Shown in pieces: positions 11,044 to 20,569 of a stretch of DNA of 64,000 nucleotides. The translations under genes and the position numbers were made by a program. Each line of letters starts with the position of its first letter. The first letter of the stretch is position 1. Source of the stretch: Opitutales bacterium (lineage in GTDB: Bacteria > Verrucomicrobiota > Verrucomicrobiia > Opitutales > UBA2987); contig CBDDEL010000015.1 in NCBI GenBank assembly GCA_965226885.1, positions 608,001 through 672,000 of the forward strand, read 5' to 3'. Under the pieces are notes generated by a model that saw only the letters and a list, made by a program, of their open reading frames with translations, searched no databases and was not told where the DNA came from.

Positions 11044-11943
11044 TCAAAAATTTTCCTGTTCGGCGTAGGCGCAAGTTGCCGGTGTGCCATCCGCCTCTTT
11101 GAATATGGAATAGTATTCCTTGCGGGGAATTACCATGTTATCCGCGCTACGGTAGTGAAATTGAACAGCCCGGCGGCGTTGGGGGGATCGATTGGGCGGT
11201 GTTTCATGAGGCATCATGCTGGAAAAGAAAAGTACGCCGCCGGCCTTTATTTCGATCGGCTTCGCCTGAGAGGGATCGATGCGGCCTTTCATGATCTCGC
11301 AGTCGTAGGTGTGATGGTGCCGTAGGGGGCCAAGCTGGTGCCCTCCAGGAATTACATGCATACAGCCGTTTTCGGCTGTGGCATCGTCCAGGGCTAGCCA
11401 CACACCACAAACCTTTTCAAGTTTTTGAATGGAAAAATAGGCGTTATCCTGATGCCAGGGTTTCTCTGTCCCAATCAGTGGCGGTTTAATCAGCCCCATG
11501 GTTTGGTAGTGCACGGGATTCGAGCCGAGGATGGACCTCACGACCCCTTGCAGCTTGGGGTGGTTTTTCGTGAGATAAATGAAGTGGGGCGTCTCGTTCT
11601 GGAAATTCATGAATTTGCGGACATTCAGCACGAGTTCCTCCAATTTATCGGGATGGGGTTCGTAACCCGCCTCGAGCCAGAACCCGCATTCCCCCCCTTT
11701 TTTATTGAAGCGAGCCCCTGAGTAATTTGTTTTGCGGCCATCGTTCAGCGTCCATTCAGCCAATTCTTCGTTGAAGGCGTATTTGCGGATTATGTTTGAG
11801 ATATCGGCGAGGGCGGCCTCCACCTCATGCCGGGAAAGGGCGTTTTCAAACGCAAGATAACCCTGTTCGTTATACAGTTCCAATTGCCTCAAGGTGAGGG
11901 TTTCGGGGCAATCCTCAAAACGTGAATCTATCGTTTCAGTCAT
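11044..11943 (-). CDS. Phytanoyl-CoA dioxygenase (PhyH) family Fe/2OG enzyme
   Basis: KPWHQD...WLALDDATAENGCM...HET..N.S..RRRA. Confidence 0.9.
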   Translation of the reverse strand: MTETIDSRFEDCPETLTLRQLELYNEQGYLAFENALSRHEVEAALADISNIIRKYAFNEELAEWTLNDGRKTNYSGARFNKKGGECGFWLEAGYEPHPDKLEELVLNVRKFMNFQNETPHFIYLTKNHPKLQGVVRSILGSNPVHYQTMGLIKPPLIGTEKPWHQDNAYFSIQKLEKVCGVWLALDDATAENGCMHVIPGGHQLGPLRHHHTYDCEIMKGRIDPSQAKPIEIKAGGVLFFSSMMPHETPPNRSPQRRRAVQFHYRSADNMVIPRKEYYSIFKEADGTPATCAYAEQENF

Positions 11944-12129
11944 GGTAGCGATCTTATCATGTCAACAGCTAAACAGTAAAAAGACACGGGAGGCAAATAT
12001 TTGTTATTTTGTGTTTTTTGCTGTTTTTTTTGAAGTTTAATCAAACGGAGCCAACGGTAGTGTCCTAATTTGGAATGTCTTTTTAACTGGAAATATTCTC
12101 AAATATGTGCAATATTGCATAAAAAGGGG

Positions 12130-12201
12130 TAGTGGAGGTATGGGGACTTGCACCCCAAGCGGTCACAGGTGTAGAGCAGGTCGCCGCACTCTGCTACCCC
12201 C
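12130..12201 (-). ncRNA. Putative tRNA/tmRNA-like structured RNA
   Basis: GGGGGTA/TACCTCC acceptor-like stem with G3:U70, followed by A and CTA. T-arm TGGGG-TGCAAGT-CCCCA. AGAG/CTCT D-like stem. Folded by eye only. Confidence 0.55.
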
Positions 12202-12207
12202 TTTTTG

Positions 12208-13197
12208 TCAGCCTTCTTCAAAGTCCATTGGTATAGTTTCATTGAATTTTGGTGCAGCTATATCTAGTTTTCTCTTGAACTCATCCCAAGAATGACAGGT
12301 TTTCATCAAAAACGTAACATTTGAAATATGTTGTTTCAATTCGGGAACACCGTAATCCTCTGTGAAATGCTGGTGATGTTTTCTCGCACGACCCCCAGAA
12401 GTGGTTCGTGGATTCTTTTTCTTTAATTCGGAAAGGACTTTAGGGGCCATTCTGTTGTAAACTATATCATTTGTCCAGTGGCCCACATATTGGGGTTTTT
12501 GAGTTCCTTCGCCGTCAGGGAAAGATAATTCTTTTAAACGAAAAAGTTCCTTATAAAAACTCGGGTTAAACCGACGAGTCCATTTTGACCATTCATCTTT
12601 AATATATTTATCCAGAATTTTTTGTAAGGCCAATTTGTCTCTGATTTCTTGATAGCCAGTGACCTCATCCACTAACGCAATAATGCCGACCTTTGCTAAG
12701 ACCCGTGTAATTATTTCGCACTGGTCAGCAATCTCTCGCTGTTGTTTATTTAACCCCGGTGAGCGTTTACGTGCTTCAAGAACGGCATCACAAATTCTTG
12801 GCAAGATCGTTGCTTCGTAGGCAACTGCCGGAACCCCTCCACGTCCGGGGCGAATGAATCTTATAGGACGATTTAGCTCCATGGCCAAGTCATTCTCGAT
12901 AAACGGTTTAAGGTATTCTTGAGACAGAAAACCCTTCAATATCGCCCCATGGGATTGTCCAAGCCCTAAAGCTTCTTGCATACCTCTTCCAGACAATACG
13001 CGAGTACCATTATCAAGAACATAGCATTCAAGCTTTTGATTGCCTAAGCTTAATTTATTATCGGCCGCACCCCATTGGGCCCTTGGTAGGCTCCACTTGG
13101 CTTTAGCCGCTTTTGAGGCAATTTCCTTTCTGGTTTTAGCATCGAGCTTTTTCGCCCGTGCTTTACCGCCTTTAGATTGCATAGATTTATCTTCCAT
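12208..13197 (-). CDS. P63C-domain protein with basic N-terminal GGKARA motif
   Basis: GGKARAKKL..RKEIASKAAKAKW, LECYVLDNGTRVLSGRG, VGIIALVDEVTGYQ, YVGHWTNDIVY and KHHQH motifs. Confidence 0.85.
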   Translation of the reverse strand: MEDKSMQSKGGKARAKKLDAKTRKEIASKAAKAKWSLPRAQWGAADNKLSLGNQKLECYVLDNGTRVLSGRGMQEALGLGQSHGAILKGFLSQEYLKPFIENDLAMELNRPIRFIRPGRGGVPAVAYEATILPRICDAVLEARKRSPGLNKQQREIADQCEIITRVLAKVGIIALVDEVTGYQEIRDKLALQKILDKYIKDEWSKWTRRFNPSFYKELFRLKELSFPDGEGTQKPQYVGHWTNDIVYNRMAPKVLSELKKKNPRTTSGGRARKHHQHFTEDYGVPELKQHISNVTFLMKTCHSWDEFKRKLDIAAPKFNETIPMDFEEG

Positions 13198-13220
13198 GCA
13201 TAGAAATAAATATTATTTTA

Positions 13221-13232
13221 TGCTTGCAAGCA
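13221..13232. promoter_or_regulatory. Palindromic candidate operator between divergent P63C and transposase genes
   Basis: Perfect palindrome TGCTTGCAAGCA near the centre of the 62-bp AT-rich intergenic gap. Confidence 0.5.
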
Positions 13233-13259
13233 AGCTTTTTTTATGAAAATCTTTTATGC

Positions 13260-15655
13260 ATGGCAAATAAATTATCTACCTCCAAAAAAGTTCTCGCTGT
13301 TTCTGCCCTTTGCGAAGGCTCCTCCATCCGTTCAATCGAGCGAATGACAGGCATCCACAGGGATACAATCATGCGCCTGGGCGTCCGTATAGGTCAAGGA
13401 TGCGCCGCTATCATGGATGAAAAGATGCGTGACTTGCCATGTAAGGATTTGCAGGTCGATGAGATATGGGGCTTTATTGGAAAGAAGGAAAGGAATGTCT
13501 ATTACGGTGAACTCGGAAAAGGTGATATATGGACATTCATTGCGCTCGACAGTGAAAGTAAGCTAATTCCTTCGTTCCGGGTTGGCCGACGTGATACCGT
13601 GACAGCACAGGCATTTCTTGAAGATTTGGCTTCCCGCATGAAAAACCGTGTCCAGCTTTCCAGCGATGCGCTACGGGCATACAGGGATTGTGTCGAAAAG
13701 GCTTTTGGCTGTGAAGTCGACTACGGGCAGATTGTAAAAATCTTCGCCCAAAGCGATGTTGAAGCACAGCGTAGGTATAGCCCACCCCAAGTCATTTCAG
13801 TTACGCGAAACCCTATTGCTGGCAATCCTGACAAATCCCGAATCTGCACAAGCCATATTGAGAAGCAAAACCATACCTTGCGGATGCACTGCCGCCGATT
13901 GAGCCGTCTGACTAACCCGGATATTTCATGAAGGGTAAAGTTTGGCTCGTTATTGCTATTGGAGATGGATTTCTTTGTATTTTGAGCAGATCGTCTTGAT
14001 TTTTAGGTGTTTTTCAGGGTGTAGAGACACTGCCCCCTTTCCCCCATTGGTTCGGTAGTGCCGGGGGCAGCACCAATGCACCCTTTAGGTTGGCACCAAT
14101 CGGCGGGCCGCATGGTTGAAAAGACTGGCCCAAGGATAACTCTCACTTAGGTGAAAGTGAATCGTTCGGGTGTTGCGCACGATGACCGCTCCGATCTTGA
14201 TTAATTTGAGCCGCAGGGTGTGCCATTGGGCCCGCGCCCACTTCGTCCCTTTTAAGGCTAACCGGCGCATGGCTTCCATCAAGGTGTAGGCCAGCGCCGA
14301 CAAGAGCAATCGCCACTGATTGGCCCACCATTGATGGGCGCTGGTGCGCTCGCTGAACAATTGCATCTGTTCCTTGATTCGGTTCTCCATTTCACCGCGG
14401 CCACAGTATACCTTGTCGTAAAGCTCCTGGGGATCGCCCGGCAGGTTCGTCACCACGAAGCGCGGGTTGGACCCCTGTGCGGTGTGTTCGGCTTTATGGA
14501 TGACCAACCGCAGCCATCGCCACGAATCGGCAGCATAGACGAAGTCCTGGAATAACCGTTGTTTTTTACCCCTTAGTTCGAACCATTCTTTGGCCTGCTT
14601 TTGCAACTGCTGGGCGTCTTGCTGCAAGCGTGCATTGCGAGCCATCCCCACGATGTAACTAACTTCGTTGCGGTCGCACCAAGAGAGTATCCGGTCTCGA
14701 CAAAATCCACTGTCGGCGCGCCAAATAATCCGCGTACGGGGCCAGCTTTGGCGAATCCGTTTAACCAGCAATTTGAGGATGGCCCCGGCATGCTTGCTGG
14801 CATCGATCTTGCTCGGCCGCAGGTAGGCCACCAGCAGCTGATCACCGCAAAAAACATATAGCGGCAGAAAACAGTAATGATCATAATAACCGTGGAGAAA
14901 ACGTCCCTCCTGGAGCCCGTGCACCGGATTGTCGGTGGCGTCAAAGTCCAGGATGATCTCTTCGGGTTCCTCGGCAAAGGAGCCCATGAACTGTTCGACC
15001 AACAGCTCGTTTACCGCAAAGGCCGCCCGCCGATCCTGCCCGTTTTCAAAACGACACAAAGTCGGCGCGCTGGCCAACGTTTCAATGCGCCCCGTTACCG
15101 TTTGCAACAATGGATCGTGGCGCAGGGTATCAAAGTCGTTCAAATCCTCATAGCCCGCCACCAGCCCGTAAACGCGCTGCCGCAGCATCCCCAATACCTC
15201 ATGGCGTACTTTGCCCTTCTGCCGTTTGTCCACTAACTGTCGGGCCGCTCGTTCGGTCAAGCCCAACTGCCGATCCACTTCCCGGATCAAAAGCAGTCCG
15301 GCATCCGAAGTAACCTCTCCGCCCTTGAAATCAACCCGCACACGGCGGCCTTTTACCCTTGTCAACTGTAGCTTTAATTGTTTACCTTTTGTCATCGCTG
15401 ATATTGCTTTAATTATTGATCTATCCTGCTGTATATCAGCAGTTAAGCATATCAACGATACTTTTTTTACGAAATATCCGGGCTAATGCTTTCAGCAAGA
15501 AACTGGAAAATTTCAAGGCGGCTGTGCCCCTCAACTTTGCTTACTACAATTTCGTCAAGATTCACGGCTCTATCCGTTGCACTCCTGCGATGGAAGCAGG
15601 TGTCACGGATTCAATCTGGACAGTCAGCGATCTAGTTGAAATGATTGAGAAGTGA
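13260..15655 (+). pseudogene. Single-ORF IS1-family transposase split by IS1380
   Basis: Joining 13260-13915 to 15487-15655 gives a 274-aa ORF (..RRLSRLT-NAFSKKLEN..) with HTH, VDEIWGF, SSDAL and IEKQN. Confidence 0.9.
13916..15482 (-). mobile_element. IS1380-family element, copy 2 (1567 bp; transposase 14085 to ~15395)
   Basis: IRs CCCGGATATTTC. TSD CTAA at 13912-13915 and 15483-15486. Confidence 0.96.
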
Positions 15656-15939
15656 AGGATATTGCAGACTTAGCCGACGCGATCACAGTCATGCACGGCT
15701 GTGATTGTCGCTATATAGGTTCAAAGCTCGTCAAAGAGGTTTTCCAAGGGCAAGTAGCATGGGAAGGCGAAGTCGAGATATTTGACCTTAAAGACCACTC
15801 TAAAACCAATACCTGCTATGCGTGGAGCTACAAAGACAACAAGGGAGAAAATCAATATGTCACTGTTTTACAAATACCGCCTGTAGATTCGGCAGAGACG
15901 GCAGTCAAAGCAGTGATTGCAAATCAGAAATCAACATGA
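15652..15939 (+). CDS. Small hypothetical passenger protein (95 aa)
   Basis: GTGA overlap with the transposase stop. Sequence includes WEGEVEIFDL..CYAWSY. Confidence 0.75.
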   Translation: MKDIADLADAITVMHGCDCRYIGSKLVKEVFQGQVAWEGEVEIFDLKDHSKTNTCYAWSYKDNKGENQYVTVLQIPPVDSAETAVKAVIANQKST

Positions 15940-17651
15940 GTCATTTTAGAATAAATAAGCTTAATATAGAGGCTGTCCCAAAAATATAAAGATTTTATAG
16001 TCAACTGGATGACGTTGATAAAAAGAGCCGGAAAGAGCAAGTTTTTGCTCGATCCGGCCAAAAAAGGGTTCTATAATTGGGTTCTATAATTGAGTTAGCG
16101 AAAATCAATATAGCCCTTTCTATGAAAAATATAGCCATCCAATGCCTCCTGCGTCCAGCTTTAACTGTGGTCGACCGGTGCCTCGATTACGATAACTTCC
16201 GCGCCACCATTGATCGAATCGATCGGTTGCTGATCGACTCGGAGGTGGAATCGCAGGCCATTGAGCTGGCCTTGGAGGGGTGGCCGCCAATGGGTCTAAA
16301 GGCCCGGCGGCAGCGGGCCAGTTTTGCCATCAAGGCACTGCGCATGGATACGCTGGGCCGTCTGCTCGGAGGGATTTCGTTTCGGCATTTGTCGCGGGCT
16401 CTGGGCAGCAGCGATCTGTTGGCCGACTTTTGCCGTGTCCGGCAGATCGATGGCATCAGGGGCATCTCCAAAAGCACCCTGGAGCGGGCCTCGAAGTTTT
16501 TCAGCGAAGAGCAGTTGAGGGCCTTGCACCGGACCTTGACTGAGGTGGTGGGCGATGCCCTTCTGGCCCGGCAGGTGGGATTGGACAAGCCGATTGACAC
16601 CACCATTTGCCTGATCGACGGCACCTGTTTGGAGGCTAACATTCATTGGCCGACGGACTGGGTATTACTCAAGGATGTAGCCGGCACGTTGCTCAAAGCG
16701 ATCCGGCTGATCCGCGAGAAGGCCGGTGTGCGCCATCGCATGCCGATCGAACCGGAGCCCTTGGCTCGGCAGATGAATCGGCTGTGCATACAGATGACCC
16801 ACAGCCGGCGGCGAAAGGACAGCGCGCGGCAGCGCAAGGGTATCTTGAGGCAGATGAAAAAGCTGCTCAAACGGATCGGGGAGCATGCCCGCAGTCACCG
16901 GGAATTATTGCAAGCCTGCTGGGAGCAAAGCGATTACAGCGAAAAACAGGTCCAACAGATCCTCGCCCGGATGGAGCGCATGAGCGAGCAAATCCCGGTG
17001 GTCATCAAACAGGCGCACGAGCGGATCATTGGCGGCCGCCAGGTGAAAAACGCAGAGAAAGTCTTGAGTGTTTACGAACTCGATGTGCAGGTGATTGTGC
17101 GAGGTAAAGCGGGCCAAGAGGTCGAGTTCGGCAACACCCTGTTTTTGGGAGAAAGCGTTGAAGGGTACCTGCTGGACTGGAAACTCTACGGCAGCCGAAC
17201 TCCAAGCGAAAATGAACAAATGCAAGAGAGTTTGCAAAGACAGAACCGCTTCAACCTGGAAGAACCCATAGCGGCCATGTGCGCGGACCGGGGATTTGCC
17301 TCCCAGCGGGCCCGCCGGCAGTTAGCCCAGGAGGGAATCTACGACGCGCTCTGTCCACGCGATCCGAAGCAGTTGAAAAAACGGATGGAGGAACCACTGT
17401 TCAGACAATTGCAAAAGCGCCGGGCCAGCACCGAAGGGCGGATCGGGGTATTGAAGAATTGTAAACGCCGGGATGAAACCGGTACGGGGGTCGGGGTAAA
17501 ACCGGTACGCTTGGAATAAGGTTTAGGTTAGTAATTGCAGGTACGTCAAGGTTTAGCAGGTACGTCAAGGTTTAGGGTTTGGGAGTTGGTTTTGGGGATT
17601 GGCTTGGGGTCGGTGAGGAGGCCGGAGGCCGACGAGCCGGGCCCAAGGCGT

Positions 17652-18362
17652 TTATTGTTTTGTGCCACGGCGACGGCGTCGAGCATCGCGCAAGCGGTAG
17701 CTTTGCCCGTTGGCTTCGAGGATATGCACCCGATGGGTGAGTCGGTCCAGCAGAGCTCCGGTGAGCCGTTCGGAACCGAGCACTTCGATCCAGTTCTCAA
17801 AGGGCAGGTTGGTGGTGACGATGAGACTGGTGCGCTCGTAAGCGCGGCTGACCACGTCGAAGAGCAGTTCGGAACCGGTCTTGGAAAAAGGGACGTAACC
17901 GAGTTCGTCGAGGATGAGTAGGTCGAGCCTTTCGAGTTGCTTCATGAAGCGCTGCAGGTCGTGGTTGTCGCGTTGCTCGAGCATATGGGTAACCAGGGCG
18001 GTGACCAGGTGCGTTTTACCGGTACCGGCGTTACCGAGGAGCAGCACGTTTTCGCGCTGGTCGACATACTCCCCGCGCATGAGCTCTCGGATGAGCGCTT
18101 CGTTGATCGAGGGCTGCGCTTCAAAGGCGAAGCTCTCGAGGGTCTTGAGCACGGGGAAACGGGCGTTTTTGATCCGCCGCTGGGCGGCCCGCTGTTCGCG
18201 TTCAATGAGCTCCCGTTCGACCAGATGCAACAAAAAGGCGGCGTAATCGAGCCGGTCCCGGGAACAAGCCGCGGCCACCGCCGGCCATTCGCGCAGGATG
18301 GTGGGCAACTTCAGTTTCTTGAGGTGATGGTGTAACAGCAGCTGGTTTTTTTCTTCCTTCAT
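17652..18362 (-). CDS. istB: IS21 helper ATPase IstB, probably internally deleted
   Basis: Walker A GNAGTGKT, LLILDELGY, TTNLPF and LLDRLTH motifs. Confidence 0.9.
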   Translation of the reverse strand: MKEEKNQLLLHHHLKKLKLPTILREWPAVAAACSRDRLDYAAFLLHLVERELIEREQRAAQRRIKNARFPVLKTLESFAFEAQPSINEALIRELMRGEYVDQRENVLLLGNAGTGKTHLVTALVTHMLEQRDNHDLQRFMKQLERLDLLILDELGYVPFSKTGSELLFDVVSRAYERTSLIVTTNLPFENWIEVLGSERLTGALLDRLTHRVHILEANGQSYRLRDARRRRRGTKQ

Positions 18363-19864
18363 AAAGCCCCTCCTGGAATCTTGAGCAGTTCGCTGTAGGC
18401 ACCGAGGTCAGGGGCGGCCACACGGACGTGACGCAGGTGTGGATGGCCGTCCAGCCGGAAGGTTCTGCTCCCGTAGTCTTCCTGAGGATAGAGATACTGG
18501 GCGATGGCCTCACGAGTCAGTCCCCCCACCCGCAGGGCCGAGACGACGGCCTGCTGCAAGGCCGCCATGGGGTGTTTCTCCAACAGCCGCAGCACCCGGA
18601 TATACTCCCGGGTGCCTTCGCCCCCGCATTGGCTTTCGAGCCGGCGTCTGAGGACCTGCAGGCACTGCGGCAACTGCCAGCCCGAGAGTGGGCGGGCGAA
18701 GTCCAAAGCGCCCGGTTTTTTCTCCAGCAAAGCCAGGTAGTGCACCGGCTCGAAAGAGACTTGCTCTTTATCCCAAATGCGGCGGTGCCGGGCCACCTCT
18801 TGGCCCCCACAGAAGATCACCACCTGCCGACAGGACCCTTCCACCACCACCGGATGGTGGGCGCAGCGCACCGGCACCGAATAGTCGTTGCACTCGAAGC
18901 GCACCAGCGAGAGGCTGCTGACGCAGGTCGAGCGTTTGCGGCTCGCTTCAAAGGGTATGGGCGGCAACGCCAGCATGACGGCGCGCTCCTCGGCCAGCAG
19001 TTCCTTTTTCACCGCCCTTTTCCCGCGTAATTTACGCTCCATGTCCCGCTCACATGCCTCCAACAGCTTTGCGTTGAGTTCCTCCAGGTCCCGAACCTGC
19101 GGTACCGGTACCAGGAAGTTGGCCCGGGCATAACGCACGATCCCCTCGACCACGCCCTTCTCGTTGGGCCGGGCGGGCAGACAGAAGTGTTCCTCGAACA
19201 GGTAATGGCTCTGTAGCTGCAGAAACCCGTCGGTCAGCTTGCGTTCACGCGAACCGATAATCTTACCCACCGCCACCTTCGAGTTGTCATAGCTGATGCG
19301 CCGGGGCACCGCCCCGAAAAACTCAAAAGCTCGCAGGTGCCCCTCCCAGAAGCTCTCCGTGCACTCCCGTTCGAACACCTGCACGAAAAAGGCATCGCTG
19401 TAGGGCAGGCTCATGGCAAAAAATGGCCGCCTACGCAATTGCCCCGCCTCCTTCACCAGGGCATGACCGAAGTCCACCTGTCCCTCCCCGGGGCGGTGCT
19501 CCAGCGGCACGAACACTTCCCGCCGCCTCGCTCGCAGCTCGGCCACCACCTCCTTGACCGCCGTGTAGCCCCCTTGGTAGCCCTTCTCCCGACCCAAACG
19601 CTGGTAGATCCGTTTGGCCGTATGGCGCTGCTTCTTGGGCACGTTCCGGTCCGCTTTGAGCACCTCCTCGATCCAGCCCACATACGGATCGATCTTGCGC
19701 TCTCGCCTCTTCTTGCGCCGGTATCCCGGCGGCTGGGAATAGGCCAGCATCTTTCCCAGGGTCTCCCAGTGCAGTCCCTCTTCTCGCATTACAGAGCGCT
19801 TGCTCTGCTTGTCCCGCAGCACTTTGTGCCGCACTCTTGTCCATTGCTTCATATCTCGATACAC
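18359..19864 (-). CDS. istA: IS21 transposase IstA
   Basis: QRHTAKRIY, GQVDFG, YDN and EKGVVEG motifs. AGGAGG RBS before the GTG start. Confidence 0.93.
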   Translation of the reverse strand: MYRDMKQWTRVRHKVLRDKQSKRSVMREEGLHWETLGKMLAYSQPPGYRRKKRRERKIDPYVGWIEEVLKADRNVPKKQRHTAKRIYQRLGREKGYQGGYTAVKEVVAELRARRREVFVPLEHRPGEGQVDFGHALVKEAGQLRRRPFFAMSLPYSDAFFVQVFERECTESFWEGHLRAFEFFGAVPRRISYDNSKVAVGKIIGSRERKLTDGFLQLQSHYLFEEHFCLPARPNEKGVVEGIVRYARANFLVPVPQVRDLEELNAKLLEACERDMERKLRGKRAVKKELLAEERAVMLALPPIPFEASRKRSTCVSSLSLVRFECNDYSVPVRCAHHPVVVEGSCRQVVIFCGGQEVARHRRIWDKEQVSFEPVHYLALLEKKPGALDFARPLSGWQLPQCLQVLRRRLESQCGGEGTREYIRVLRLLEKHPMAALQQAVVSALRVGGLTREAIAQYLYPQEDYGSRTFRLDGHPHLRHVRVAAPDLGAYSELLKIPGGAL

Positions 19865-20569
19865 TCCTCCTTTCTAGGATAAGCGTACCGGTTTTAAAGC
19901 GCCCTCTTTACCGTACCGGTTTTTCCCCGGCGTTTACAAAGAATCGCTGGCAGGCCGGGCGGTTGCGCAGCAAAGGCTTTGCCAACCGCTCGATCAGCGT
20001 AGCCTGGTCGGTACTCTCGCACAACCTATGGAAAGTAGCCAAGATGCTGGCCCAGCAAGACGAACTAAAAACCAAAGCGGCGGCCTAGAGAGCGGAAAAG
20101 CAAGGACAATACTTTTTCACAGCCTTACTGTCGGCTCATACAAAGAAAACCAGGCAACCGGACCCCAAAACCAGTATCCTAACGTCATAGGAGAGCAAAG
20201 TTGATACTCTCCCAAATGCAAATACCTCTAAAATGAGCGCCTATCAAAAGCCCTCGCAAAAATCACCCTTTTGGGACAGCCTCTAATATAGCCCCTCAAG
20301 GATTTAAGAAAGTATATGAGGTGAGAATAGAGGTAGCTCAATCCACATCTGACGAAGACGGCGACAGAATTTTTCTAGGGGCACCGTGTATCGGACCGAA
20401 AGAACTTGAATACTGGAAAAATCAATTGATTAGTCAGATTAAGAAACTTCGTTTCCCAAATTAGGACACTACCGAGCCAACCTATCGATTGACGGTTTTG
20501 GGGTTTTGTGATATCATGCATCACTTTTAGCGATCTGGTTATGCGAAACGAAACGAATTTATTTAGGGA

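Larger units (their letters stand above)
17460..19938 (-). mobile_element. IS21-family element (2479 bp)
   Basis: Ends TGTAAACGCCGGG / CCCGGCGTTTACA with repeated AAACCGGTACG sites. 6-bp TSD AAGAAT. Confidence 0.95.
16122..20088 (+). pseudogene. DDE transposase (IS5/ISNCY-like) split by IS21
   Basis: IDGTCLEANIHWPTD, RGKAGQEVEFG, ADRGF and RASTEGRIGVLKN|RWQAGR motifs. The frame is restored on removing IS21. Confidence 0.85.
15969..20283 (+). mobile_element. IS5/ISNCY-like element (1830-bp core) interrupted by IS21
   Basis: 15-bp perfect IRs GAGGCTGTCCCAAAA. 7-bp TSD TAATATA at 15962-15968 and 20284-20290. Confidence 0.9.
15936..20464 (+). pseudogene. 68-aa hypothetical passenger gene split by the IS5-like element
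   Basis: Joining 15936-15968 to 20291-20464 gives an open frame MSHFRINKLNI-APQGFKK...KKLRFPN*. ATGA overlap upstream; the stop lies inside the right IR. Confidence 0.65.
12056..20473. mobile_element. Cargo-carrying IS1-family transposon (2525-bp core) with three nested IS
   Basis: Perfect 18-bp IRs GGTAGTGTCCTAATTTGG (12056-12073) / CCAAATTAGGACACTACC (20456-20473). Perfect 8-bp TSD GAGCCAAC at 12048-12055 and 20474-20481. Confidence 0.95.

Noticed and set aside
12130..12201. Canonical tRNA-Ala or full tmRNA gene
   Set aside because: There is no 5-bp/7-nt anticodon arm, the T-loop is TGCAAGT, the end is CTA rather than CCA, and there is no tag reading frame. Kept only as a tRNA-like candidate.
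17460..17512. AAACCGGTACG repeats as iterons or a novel array
   Set aside because: They are mirrored at the other end of the element and are the usual multiple transposase-binding sites of IS21 ends.
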